From Eledone cirrhosa (taxonomy: Eukaryota): 64,000 nucleotides of DNA. Shown here one piece after another: positions 37,597 to 47,339 of the stretch. The notes under the pieces were generated by a model that worked only from the letters and a program-made list of their open reading frames with translations, was not told the DNA's origin and searched no databases. Position 1 is the first letter of the stretch. Every line of letters begins with the position of its first letter. The translations under genes and the position numbers were made by a program. Where the stretch lies: contig OZ024743.1 of assembly GCA_964016885.1 (NCBI GenBank), positions 157,046,001-157,110,000 of the forward strand, in the 5' to 3' direction.

Positions 37597-40500
37597 ATGG
37601 CCATAAGAGTAGGAAGTTTAAATGTTCGTGGCCTGGGGTCGCCCTGGAAGCAAGGTCACTTGCTCAACGACCTCAGGTCACTAGGAATGGATGTAATTGC
37701 CATCAGCGAGACCAGAATTTCCGACACACGCGCACTGGCGCCGATTTTCGACGATTATCAGATCTTTGCATCTGTTAGTCGGCCGGGAATGGGAGGTGGA
37801 GTGGCTGTGCTGTTTAGGAAATGTCTGGATCTCGAGGTAAGGTCAATCTTCCGGGATCCTGACGGAAAGTTGGTGGTCCTGGACGTGAGCAATAGCGAAG
37901 GTGGTGCCTTTAGACTGGTGGCCGTCTACGCCCCTACTGGGGCCGGTCGGCCGGACTTCTTTAGGCGCCTGGAAAACTTTCTGCTTACGTCTCGCCCTTT
38001 ACTGTTAATAGGGGATTGGAATGGCATCTTAGAAGCACGCTGGGATTGTGTGGGAGTATCTGATAGGAGCGGGGGGTGCAAAAGCCTCAAGTACCTGATC
38101 AGCCAGTTTCAACTGTCTGACAGGTACCGACTAGATTTCCCTAATGCGCCAGTATGGACCTGGACCAATCGCATAGGGTCATCTAGATCGTACATAGATA
38201 GGATTTTCATTAGGAAAAGAGATAGAAATAGTGTAGGATGTCCACATTTTAAAACGGTTGCCTATTCAGATCACAAGCTTGTGATCTGTATGGTCGACCT
38301 AGATAAGACACGTAGGTTAGGACCTAGCTACTGGAAGCTAAACATGTCGTTTCCGGCACGTAAAGCTTACAGGGACCGGGTCAACAACTTAGTTAAGCAA
38401 AAGTTGACAGGGGGGGTTGTCAACAACAGGTGGTGGGGGGCACTCAAAAGAGAGATTAGAGCAACCTCGATAGGATTTAGCAAAGAAGTAGCAATAGAGA
38501 AAAATAGAAAGGAGGAGGGGCTGATAGCTAAGTTAGACGAGGCTATTTGTAGTGGCATTGCAACAGACGTGCTAGCGGCGAGAATGGCACTAGACCATTT
38601 CTTCAATGCGAAACACGAAGGTTGCATTGTCAGAGCTAAGGCGCGTGCTCTGAGGAACGAGGGAACCAAAGCTGCCCGATGGGCTCGCTTTGCAGAGACG
38701 CAGCGTGGAAATAAAACCACAATTCGGTCTTTGACGGATCGAGATGGACACGAACTGAGCGATTCCAAGCAGATGTGTGAGGCCTTTCGCCAGCACTTTG
38801 CTCGATTGTTCGGGAGGATGGGTGAGTCGGAGACGGCGGCGGACTTCAGTCCCTACCTCGACGGCTTGCCACGCCTCTCGACGGCCGACGCTGAGCGCTG
38901 CGAAGAGCCGATAACATCAGTCGAAATTCAGGACGCCCTTGTCGGCTGCTCGAGTCGCAAGTCACCCGGTTTGGATGGTCTGCCCTACGAGCTTTACGTA
39001 AATATGCCAGATTTGTTCTCCGATCTTCTCGAAGCGCTCTACTGCAACTGGCAGCAGAACGGGAGCATTCCCAGTTCTGTGAGCCGTGGCGTAGTGACGC
39101 TGATAAGGAAAGACGAGAACAAGAGGGACACACTAGATAATTTCAGGCCCATAACCCTGCTCAACACAGAGTTTAAGATTTTGGCCAAGGTGTTAGCGAA
39201 AAGGTTGGCGCTTGTCGTCAAAGATTTGGTTGGGGAGGCGCAAACTTGCGCAATCCCGACCAGGTCCATACACGACAACCTCCACCTCATGCGATACATC
39301 ATAGAGAGGGTTGGGTGCAAACCTGGCTTCGGTGGGGCTCTGATCAATTTAGATCAATCGAAAGCATTCGATAGGGTCGACCATCGGTACTTGGAGGCTG
39401 TCCTCGAGGCGGCTGGCTTCGGCCCCGTCTTCAGAAGCTGGATCGCTGCAATGTACAGCGGCATCCGCTCGGTGGTCAAAGTTAATGGCCACCTCTCGGA
39501 ACCGTTTCAGATCTCTCGATCGGTCCGTCAAGGGTGCCCTCTCTCCTCACTTCTGTACGTATTGACTCTTGAGCCTCTACTGCGGAAGCTGGAGTTGTTG
39601 CAGGGCATCCCGCTCGAACCGGGACGTAGAAAGGCTGCGTCCGCTTATGCAGACGACATCACCGTGATGGTGTCGGACACCTCGGAAATCGAGGTGATCC
39701 GCACCCATTTGGAGGAATATGAAAGGTTGACGGGAGCAAAACTTAACCCGGAAAAGTCGGTGGGCTTGCAGCTCGGCACCTGGAGAGGCAAGTCCATGCC
39801 GTCCAACAGCGTCGTTGGGCGCTGGACAGACGGACCGGTAAAGTTGCTCGGGGTTTGGTTCGGACCAGACCTCCAGGTGGATAAGAATTGGGACGAGGTG
39901 ACGAGCAGGATAGCCAACCTCACCCAGAAATGGGCTGAGAGAAAGCTATCACTGAAAGGGCGGGCGGAGGTGGCGAACGCGTACATCGCGTCCGTCATCT
40001 ACTACCGCCTGACCGTCGTGCCTTGCCCCCGTCCACGCCTCGCCAATTTGGAACGGCTCCTTTTCAAATTTTTGTGGAGGGGACGGGTCCCGTTGGTGAG
40101 GCGGTCCATCTGCTGCCAGCACCCTCTTCGTGGAGGGCTGGGCATGCCGTGGCTAATGATGCGCAGACATGCGCTGAGGCTGCGACATCTCCAGATATTT
40201 TGCCTAAACGGTGAACAGGTGTGGTCGCCGTTTGTTAGACGGGCCTTTCCGCAGCTCATCTCTTTGACTGAGCTGCAGTCCTGGGTCAAGAAGAGACCGA
40301 GACTGGGCGACTGGCATCTGGAATGTTGCCAGGCGCTCACTGCACTCTGCAAGGTGGGCAATGCGGTCAGTGGAACTTCCACTCAAGATTTCTATAGAGG
40401 ATTAGTGGAGGGCAAGTGCGATGACGTACTAGGAGAGGCTCTGGGCGTCAACGAAGTAGAACTGACCAGTATGTTCCGGAGGACTTTCGAGCCGGGGACG

Positions 40501-41016
40501 ATGGATAACTTCCAGAAATCCCTCGCTTGGCAGTGCTACCGGGGGGCGCTGCCGGTTCGGGATAAACTCTACAGGCACGGAAGTGCTGTCAGACGAACCT
40601 GCCCGAGATGCGCGCAGAGCGACGAAACCGTTCTGCACGCACTCGTCCAGTGTCCGTGCATTGCTGACTTGTGGGGTTATGTCGAACAGCTATTGTCGCG
40701 TGTAGAACGGATCCGGCTATCGTCCGAGTCCATAGTGAAGATTGACCCGCCGCCTTCTTTTGGTCAGGAAGGGCAGGCAATTTTCCTCTGCCTGGTGGCA
40801 GTAGCGAAAGAGGTTGCATGGTGGACCAGGTTGAAAGGACTGAAGACAGACACTTTTCTCTTCGGCCAATCCCTCATCAACTTCTTCAAGTTTCACTTGG
40901 AAAGGAAGGTGAGGGTGGAGAGAGAAGTGCTGCCCCCCAGTACATTTACTGAAAGGTGGGTGAATGTGGCGAGAATGGCCCGCGTGAGTGGGCCTACTCT
41001 GATCATGCGCCTGTAG
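37597..41016 (+). CDS. LINE ORF2p: AP-endonuclease, reverse transcriptase, CCHC (L1/Tx1 type) (copy 1)
   Basis: 1139 aa: LNVRGL, ISETR, VYAP, GDWN, IDRIF, SDH, YWKLN; KSPGLDG, RPITLLN, DQSKAFDRV, RQGCPLS, YADD; CPRCAQSDETVLHALVQC. Confidence 0.97.
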   Translation: MAIRVGSLNVRGLGSPWKQGHLLNDLRSLGMDVIAISETRISDTRALAPIFDDYQIFASVSRPGMGGGVAVLFRKCLDLEVRSIFRDPDGKLVVLDVSNSEGGAFRLVAVYAPTGAGRPDFFRRLENFLLTSRPLLLIGDWNGILEARWDCVGVSDRSGGCKSLKYLISQFQLSDRYRLDFPNAPVWTWTNRIGSSRSYIDRIFIRKRDRNSVGCPHFKTVAYSDHKLVICMVDLDKTRRLGPSYWKLNMSFPARKAYRDRVNNLVKQKLTGGVVNNRWWGALKREIRATSIGFSKEVAIEKNRKEEGLIAKLDEAICSGIATDVLAARMALDHFFNAKHEGCIVRAKARALRNEGTKAARWARFAETQRGNKTTIRSLTDRDGHELSDSKQMCEAFRQHFARLFGRMGESETAADFSPYLDGLPRLSTADAERCEEPITSVEIQDALVGCSSRKSPGLDGLPYELYVNMPDLFSDLLEALYCNWQQNGSIPSSVSRGVVTLIRKDENKRDTLDNFRPITLLNTEFKILAKVLAKRLALVVKDLVGEAQTCAIPTRSIHDNLHLMRYIIERVGCKPGFGGALINLDQSKAFDRVDHRYLEAVLEAAGFGPVFRSWIAAMYSGIRSVVKVNGHLSEPFQISRSVRQGCPLSSLLYVLTLEPLLRKLELLQGIPLEPGRRKAASAYADDITVMVSDTSEIEVIRTHLEEYERLTGAKLNPEKSVGLQLGTWRGKSMPSNSVVGRWTDGPVKLLGVWFGPDLQVDKNWDEVTSRIANLTQKWAERKLSLKGRAEVANAYIASVIYYRLTVVPCPRPRLANLERLLFKFLWRGRVPLVRRSICCQHPLRGGLGMPWLMMRRHALRLRHLQIFCLNGEQVWSPFVRRAFPQLISLTELQSWVKKRPRLGDWHLECCQALTALCKVGNAVSGTSTQDFYRGLVEGKCDDVLGEALGVNEVELTSMFRRTFEPGTMDNFQKSLAWQCYRGALPVRDKLYRHGSAVRRTCPRCAQSDETVLHALVQCPCIADLWGYVEQLLSRVERIRLSSESIVKIDPPPSFGQEGQAIFLCLVAVAKEVAWWTRLKGLKTDTFLFGQSLINFFKFHLERKVRVEREVLPPSTFTERWVNVARMARVSGPTLIMRL

Positions 41017-41498
41017 GCTGGTGAATTCGAGAAGGAGAGGGGTGCCCTTCCCGGGTGCCCTAGGAGCGTCGGGTGGCTCAGGACTGGTGGGGTGCTTGAG
41101 TCAACCCTGGGTGGTGATCCCTCTTATTGGGGAACTTTCATTGTTGTATTTTTATTGTTATTTTGTTTTTCTTGTTATTTATACTTACTCGATCTCTATG
41201 TAAACCCCCACTGTCCCTGTCTATTGTGTTGTCCCCTATATGTCGGCCCTTGTGGCCAATAAATGAAATCATTATTATTATTATTATTGACGAAAGTGGA
41301 TGTACGTTTTTTGAAGCTCCGTGAGTAAGCAATTTTTGAGGATTAATTGTAGAGAATTGTTTATTTTTTGTACCGCTGAAGCATTATAAGACATTAATTT
41401 GTATCCTGTGAAGGAATAACTCATAATATTTGGGCCTTTTGGCCCAAATATTTGAACTTTATTTTGAAAAAAAATAATAATTTTTTTCTCAAAAAAAC

Positions 41499-43409
41499 AT
41501 GGCGGAGCCACGCCCCCTAGAGGCGGGTCTGCTGTCGTGCAACGGCGACTTGAGCGTTGAGAGGAGAGGTGAGGCGAGGAGCGCCACCAGCACGAATGTG
41601 AGCAGCGACAGTGCCAGCACCAACGGGCCGAGCGGCGCGGAAGGTGGTAACAGCGACAACACCAACACCAACAAGCCGAACAGCGCAGAAGGTGGTAATA
41701 GCGAGAGCACCAACAAAACGAACAGCACAGAGAGTAATAGTAGCGACAGCAGCAGCACCAACAAGGCCAACAGCACAGAAGGTAACCACGACACAGGGGA
41801 GAACAACAACAGCAATAGCAGCAGCAACACCAACAAGAACAACAACAGTGACAACACCAACAAGAACACTTTCGCTGCTGTGGCAGCGGCTAAAAGGAGA
41901 CCATGCTACAGCATCGACTTAACCAACAGAGAGGAAAAGTTGGCCCAGGCCTGGAAAATCATAAATCAAGAGCAGACCTGGGCAAACTTAACTGTCCCGG
42001 CAGAAGCCATTGAGGCAGTGGAAAAAAGAACGGTGCATTTCAGATGCATCTCAGTAGAGACAAAGAGGGCAGCGATAATCGCCCAAGCTGACATAGAAGC
42101 CGCACTGAAATACATCAGAGAGGACACAGACTTCATAGAGAGGGGCAGGCAATACGGCACCGTTTCGGTGCTGTTCAAGTCTGAAGCCCTCGCTGTGAAG
42201 CATTCAATGACCCCTTGCAAAACCAGCAAGGTCATAATGTACCCCTCCCACATGGGAAAACGAATAGCACGTGTGCGCATTCCCAGGATTCCACCAGGAC
42301 TTGATATGTGGTGGCTCCTGGGTTGCGTAATCGTGGAAGGAACGGATACAGTCCCGGTAGAGGCAACGAGAACTGCCAGGGACGACTGGTCCGGGGTTGA
42401 TCTGGAGATACTGCTCCAAATCAGACCCGAAAACGTAAAAACAATCCCGGACCACATCCGCCTCCAAAACGGGAGGGTGTTGCATATAATGACTGAGGGC
42501 AAAAGGCCGCATTGTTTCCTTTGTGGGGAAACGACACACTTGCGAGCCTTCTGCCCTCAACTGCCGAAAAGCGCAAGGGGTCGAAAGATTCCACTGCTGG
42601 CGACGCCGGGACAAGGACCACCAGCAACACCGTCAACAATGGAACCACCAAAATTGCACACCCAGGGGGGAAACGAGGAAAGCTCTCCCATTCCCCCTCC
42701 CCTCAAAAATACACACACGAACAAGAACATAAACACTCACTCAGACACAAACACGCTCACAGCCACAGACCCCTCATCCTCCAGCAGTGAAGATGAGGGA
42801 AAACCAAAGTCCCCCAAAATACAAAAAACAAAACACAAAAAAAAAAGAAATCCACAAAGCACAAACACCCCCACAAAAAAAAATACACACACCACCCACA
42901 CAAACATTTTCCCCACAGCATCACCAACACAACCACCAAAATCCCCCAAACGCAAACAAGCTAAACAGACACAAGAACAAATAGACACACAAACATCAGA
43001 AACTACAGACACCCCACCCACAACAAACGCAGACACAATAGAAACAACACTAACAAAGCTATCACCACCACAATCACACGAACAAATAAAACCCGAGCAA
43101 CAAAACATTAAAAACTTCGTGCTTGCCAGAAGGGCCAACACGGAATTGATGGCCCATGTAGCACGAAGCACAAACATCGAAAAAGACGGGGAAACATTTG
43201 AAGCGAGCACATTTCGCGTACCAGATAATTTGCTTCTGATGCGAATGTCGCTCGCTTCATACAAAGAAATTCGAAAGAGCTTTCCTCGGGATGTGGGAAC
43301 CCCGAACGTAAAACCCACGTCAAGACTATTAAAGGGGTTCCCAAAAGAAACCCCACAAACCATGGAGGTCGAACCACCCGACCTTCACAAGACCCCGGAA
43401 GGTAAGTAA
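41499..43409 (+). CDS. LINE ORF1p (copy 2)
   Basis: 636 aa; differs from copy 1 by R>T in KNTH(R/T)NK. Confidence 0.92.
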   Translation: MAEPRPLEAGLLSCNGDLSVERRGEARSATSTNVSSDSASTNGPSGAEGGNSDNTNTNKPNSAEGGNSESTNKTNSTESNSSDSSSTNKANSTEGNHDTGENNNSNSSSNTNKNNNSDNTNKNTFAAVAAAKRRPCYSIDLTNREEKLAQAWKIINQEQTWANLTVPAEAIEAVEKRTVHFRCISVETKRAAIIAQADIEAALKYIREDTDFIERGRQYGTVSVLFKSEALAVKHSMTPCKTSKVIMYPSHMGKRIARVRIPRIPPGLDMWWLLGCVIVEGTDTVPVEATRTARDDWSGVDLEILLQIRPENVKTIPDHIRLQNGRVLHIMTEGKRPHCFLCGETTHLRAFCPQLPKSARGRKIPLLATPGQGPPATPSTMEPPKLHTQGGNEESSPIPPPLKNTHTNKNINTHSDTNTLTATDPSSSSSEDEGKPKSPKIQKTKHKKKRNPQSTNTPTKKNTHTTHTNIFPTASPTQPPKSPKRKQAKQTQEQIDTQTSETTDTPPTTNADTIETTLTKLSPPQSHEQIKPEQQNIKNFVLARRANTELMAHVARSTNIEKDGETFEASTFRVPDNLLLMRMSLASYKEIRKSFPRDVGTPNVKPTSRLLKGFPKETPQTMEVEPPDLHKTPEGK

Positions 43410-43438
43410 ACCTTTCCTCTCCCATTCATCCTGCCAGC

Positions 43439-46400
43439 ATGGCCATAAGAGTAGGAAGTTTAAATGTTCGTGGCCTGGGGTCGCCCTGGAAGCAAGGTCA
43501 CTTGCTCAACGACCTCAGGTCACTAGGAATGGATGTAATTGCCATCAGCGAGACCAGAATTTCCGACACACGCGCACTGGCGCCGATTTTCGACGATTAT
43601 CAGATCTTTGCATCTGTTAGTCGGCCGGGAATGGGAGGTGGAGTGGCTGTGCTGTTTAGGAAATGTCTGGATCTCGAGGTAAGGTCAATCTTCCGGGATC
43701 CTGACGGAAAGTTGGTGGTCCTGGACGTGAGCAATAGCGAAGGTGGTGCCTTTAGACTGGTGGCCGTCTACGCCCCTACTGGGGCCGGTCGGCCGGACTT
43801 CTTTAGGCGCCTGGAAAACTTTCTGCTTACGTCTCGCCCTTTACTGTTAATAGGGGATTGGAATGGCATCTTAGAAGCACGCTGGGATTGTGTGGGAGTA
43901 TCTGATAGGAGCGGGGGGTGCAAAAGCCTCAAGTACCTGATCAGCCAGTTTCAACTGTCTGACAGGTACCGACTAGATTTCCCTAATGCGCCAGTATGGA
44001 CCTGGACCAATCGCATAGGGTCATCTAGATCGTACATAGATAGGATTTTCATTAGGAAAAGAGATAGAAATAGTGTAGGATGTCCACATTTTAAAACGGT
44101 TGCCTATTCAGATCACAAGCTTGTGATCTGTATGGTCGACCTAGATAAGACACGTAGGTTAGGACCTAGCTACTGGAAGCTAAACATGTCGTTTCCGGCA
44201 CGTAAAGCTTACAGGGACCGGGTCAACAACTTAGTTAAGCAAAAGTTGACAGGGGGGGTTGTCAACAACAGGTGGTGGGGGGCACTCAAAAGAGAGATTA
44301 GAGCAACCTCGATAGGATTTAGCAAAGAAGTAGCAATAGAGAAAAATAGAAAGGAGGAGGGGCTGATAGCTAAGTTAGACGAGGCTATTTGTAGTGGCAT
44401 TGCAACAGACGTGCTAGCGGCGAGAATGGCACTAGACCATTTCTTCAATGCGAAACACGAAGGTTGCATTGTCAGAGCTAAGGCGCGTGCTCTGAGGAAC
44501 GAGGGAACCAAAGCTGCCCGATGGGCTCGCTTTGCAGAGACGCAGCGTGGAAATAAAACCACAATTCGGTCTTTGACGGATCGAGATGGACACGAACTGA
44601 GCGATTCCAAGCAGATGTGTGAGGCCTTTCGCCAGTACTTTGCTCGATTGTTCGGGAGGATGGGTGAGTCGGAGACGGCGGCGGACTTCAGTCCCTACCT
44701 CGACGGCTTGCCACGCCTCTCGACGGCCGACGCTGAGCGCTGCGAAGAGCCGATAACATCAGCCGAAATTCAGGACGCCCTTGTCGGCTGCTCGAGTCGC
44801 AAGTCACCCGGTTTGGATGGTCTGCCCTACGAGCTTTACGTAAATATGCCAGACTTGTTCTCCGATCTCCTCGAAGCGCTCTACTGCAACTGGCAGCAGA
44901 ACGGGAGCATTCCCAGTTCTGTGAGCCGTGGCGTAGTGACGCTGATAAGGAAAGACGAGAACAAGAGGGACACACTAGATAATTTCAGGCCCATAACCCT
45001 GCTCAACACAGAGTTTAAGATTTTGGCCAAGGTGTTAGCGAAAAGGTTGGCGCTTGTCGTCAAAGATTTGGTTGGGGAGGCGCAAACTTGCGCAATCCCG
45101 ACCAGGTCCATACACGACAACCTCCACCTCATGCGATACATCATAGAGAGGGTTGGGTGCAAACCTGGCTTCGGTGGGGCTCTGATCAATTTAGATCAAT
45201 CGAAAGCATTCGATAGGGTCGACCATCGGTACTTGGAGGCTGTCCTCGAGGCGGCTGGCTTCGGCCCCGTCTTCAGAAGCTGGATCGCTGCAATGTACAG
45301 CGGCATCCGCTCGGTGGTCAAAGTTAATGGCCACCTCTCGGAACCGTTTCAGATCTCTCGATCGGTCCGTCAAGGGTGCCCTCTCTCCTCACTTCTGTAC
45401 GTATTGACTCTTGAGCCTCTACTGCGGAAGCTGGAGTTGTTGCAGGGCATCCCGCTCGAACCGGGACGTAGAAAGGCTGCGTCCGCTTATGCGGACGACA
45501 TCACCGTGATGGTGTCGGACACCTCGGAAATCGAGGTGATCCGCACCCATTTGGAGGAATATGAAAGGTTGACGGGAGCAAAACTTAACCCGGAAAAGTC
45601 GGTGGGCTTGCAGCTCGGCACTTGGAGAGGCAAGTCCATGCCGTCCAACAGCGTCGTTGGGCGCTGGACAGACGGACCGGTAAAGTTGCTCGGGGTTTGG
45701 TTCGGACCAGACCTCCAGGTGGATAAGAATTGGGACGAGGTGACGAGCAGGATAGCCAACCTCACCCAGAAATGGGCTGAGAGAAAGCTATCACTGAAAG
45801 GGCGGGCGGAGGTGGCGAACGCGTACATCGCGTCCGTCATCTACTACCGCCTGACCGTCGTGCCTTGCCCCCGTCCACGCCTCGCCAATTTGGAACGGCT
45901 CCTTTTCAAATTTTTGTGGAGGGGACGGGTCCCGTTGGTGAGGCGGTCCATCTGCTGCCAGCACCCTCTTCGTGGAGGGCTGGGCATGCCGTGGCTAATG
46001 ATGCGCAGACATGCGCTGAGGCTGCGACATCTCCAGATATTTTGCCTAAACGGTGAACAGGTGTGGTCGCCGTTTGTTAGACGGGCCTTTCCGCAGCTCA
46101 TCTCTTTGACTGAGCTGCAGTCCTGGGTCAAGAAGAGACCGAGACTGGGCGACTGGCATCTGGAATGTTGCCAGGCGCTCACTGCACTCTGCAAGGTGGG
46201 CAATGCGGTCAGTGGAACTTCCACTCAAGATTTCTATAGAGGATTAGTGGAGGGCAAGTGCGATGACGTACTAGGAGAGGCTCTGGGCGTCAACGAAGTA
46301 GAACTGACCAGTATGTTCCGGAGGACTTTCGAGCCGGGGACGATGGATAACTTCCAGAAATCCCTCGCTTGGCAGTGCTACCGGGGGGCGCTGCCGGTTC

Positions 46401-46858
46401 GGGATAAACTCTACAGGCACGGAAGTGCTGTCAGACGAACCTGCCCGAGATGCGCGCAGAGCGACGAAACCGTTCTGCACGCACTCGTCCAGTGTCCGTG
46501 CATTGCTGACTTGTGGGGTTATGTCGAACAGCTATTGTCGCGTGTAGAACGGATCCGGCTATCGTCCGAGTCCATAGTGAAGATTGACCCGCCGCCTTCT
46601 TTTGGTCAGGAAGGGCAGGCAATTTTCCTCTGCCTGGTGGCAGTAGCGAAAGAGGTTGCATGGTGGACCAGGTTGAAAGGACTGAAGACAGACACTTTTC
46701 TCTTCGGCCAATCCCTCATCAACTTCTTCAAGTTTCACTTGGAAAGGAAGGTGAGGGTGGAGAGAGAAGTGCTGCCCCCCAGTACATTTACTGAAAGGTG
46801 GGTGAATGTGGCGAGAATGGCCCGCGTGAGTGGGCCTACTCTGATCATGCGCCTGTAG
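43439..46858 (+). CDS. LINE ORF2p APE-RT-CCHC (copy 2)
   Basis: 1139 aa intact; RQYFA and TSAEI variants. Confidence 0.97.
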   Translation: MAIRVGSLNVRGLGSPWKQGHLLNDLRSLGMDVIAISETRISDTRALAPIFDDYQIFASVSRPGMGGGVAVLFRKCLDLEVRSIFRDPDGKLVVLDVSNSEGGAFRLVAVYAPTGAGRPDFFRRLENFLLTSRPLLLIGDWNGILEARWDCVGVSDRSGGCKSLKYLISQFQLSDRYRLDFPNAPVWTWTNRIGSSRSYIDRIFIRKRDRNSVGCPHFKTVAYSDHKLVICMVDLDKTRRLGPSYWKLNMSFPARKAYRDRVNNLVKQKLTGGVVNNRWWGALKREIRATSIGFSKEVAIEKNRKEEGLIAKLDEAICSGIATDVLAARMALDHFFNAKHEGCIVRAKARALRNEGTKAARWARFAETQRGNKTTIRSLTDRDGHELSDSKQMCEAFRQYFARLFGRMGESETAADFSPYLDGLPRLSTADAERCEEPITSAEIQDALVGCSSRKSPGLDGLPYELYVNMPDLFSDLLEALYCNWQQNGSIPSSVSRGVVTLIRKDENKRDTLDNFRPITLLNTEFKILAKVLAKRLALVVKDLVGEAQTCAIPTRSIHDNLHLMRYIIERVGCKPGFGGALINLDQSKAFDRVDHRYLEAVLEAAGFGPVFRSWIAAMYSGIRSVVKVNGHLSEPFQISRSVRQGCPLSSLLYVLTLEPLLRKLELLQGIPLEPGRRKAASAYADDITVMVSDTSEIEVIRTHLEEYERLTGAKLNPEKSVGLQLGTWRGKSMPSNSVVGRWTDGPVKLLGVWFGPDLQVDKNWDEVTSRIANLTQKWAERKLSLKGRAEVANAYIASVIYYRLTVVPCPRPRLANLERLLFKFLWRGRVPLVRRSICCQHPLRGGLGMPWLMMRRHALRLRHLQIFCLNGEQVWSPFVRRAFPQLISLTELQSWVKKRPRLGDWHLECCQALTALCKVGNAVSGTSTQDFYRGLVEGKCDDVLGEALGVNEVELTSMFRRTFEPGTMDNFQKSLAWQCYRGALPVRDKLYRHGSAVRRTCPRCAQSDETVLHALVQCPCIADLWGYVEQLLSRVERIRLSSESIVKIDPPPSFGQEGQAIFLCLVAVAKEVAWWTRLKGLKTDTFLFGQSLINFFKFHLERKVRVEREVLPPSTFTERWVNVARMARVSGPTLIMRL

Positions 46859-47339
46859 GCTGGTGAATTCGAGAAGGAGAGGGGTGCCCTTCCCGGGTGC
46901 CCTAGGAGCGTCGGGTGGCTCAGGACTGGTGGGGTGCTTGAGTCAACCCTGGGTGGTGATCCCTCTTATTGGGGAACTTTCATTGTTGTATTTTTATTGT
47001 TATTTTGTTTTTTTGTTATTTATACTTACTCGATCTCTATGTAAACCCCCACTGTCCCTGTCTATTGTGTTGTCCCCTATATGTCGGCCCTTGTGGCCAA
47101 TAAATGAAATCATTATTATTATTATTATTGACGAAAGTGGATGTACGTTTTTTGAAGCTCCGTGAGTAAGCAATTTTTGAGGATTAATTGTAGAGAATTG
47201 TTTATTTTTTGTACCGCTGAAGCATTATAAGACATTAATTTGTATCCTGTGAAGGAATAACTCATAATATTTGGGCCTTTTGGCCCAAATATTTGAACTT
47301 TATTTTGAAAAAAAATAATAATTTTTTTCTCAAAAAAAC

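Larger units (their letters stand above)
35447..41288 (+). mobile_element. Tx1-type LINE copy 1 (intact)
   Basis: 210-nt 5' UTR, ORF1, 29-nt spacer, ORF2, 3' UTR with AATAAA (41258-41263), (ATT)6. Confidence 0.95.
41289..47129 (+). mobile_element. Tx1-type LINE copy 2 (intact)
   Basis: Near-identical to copy 1. Confidence 0.95.
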
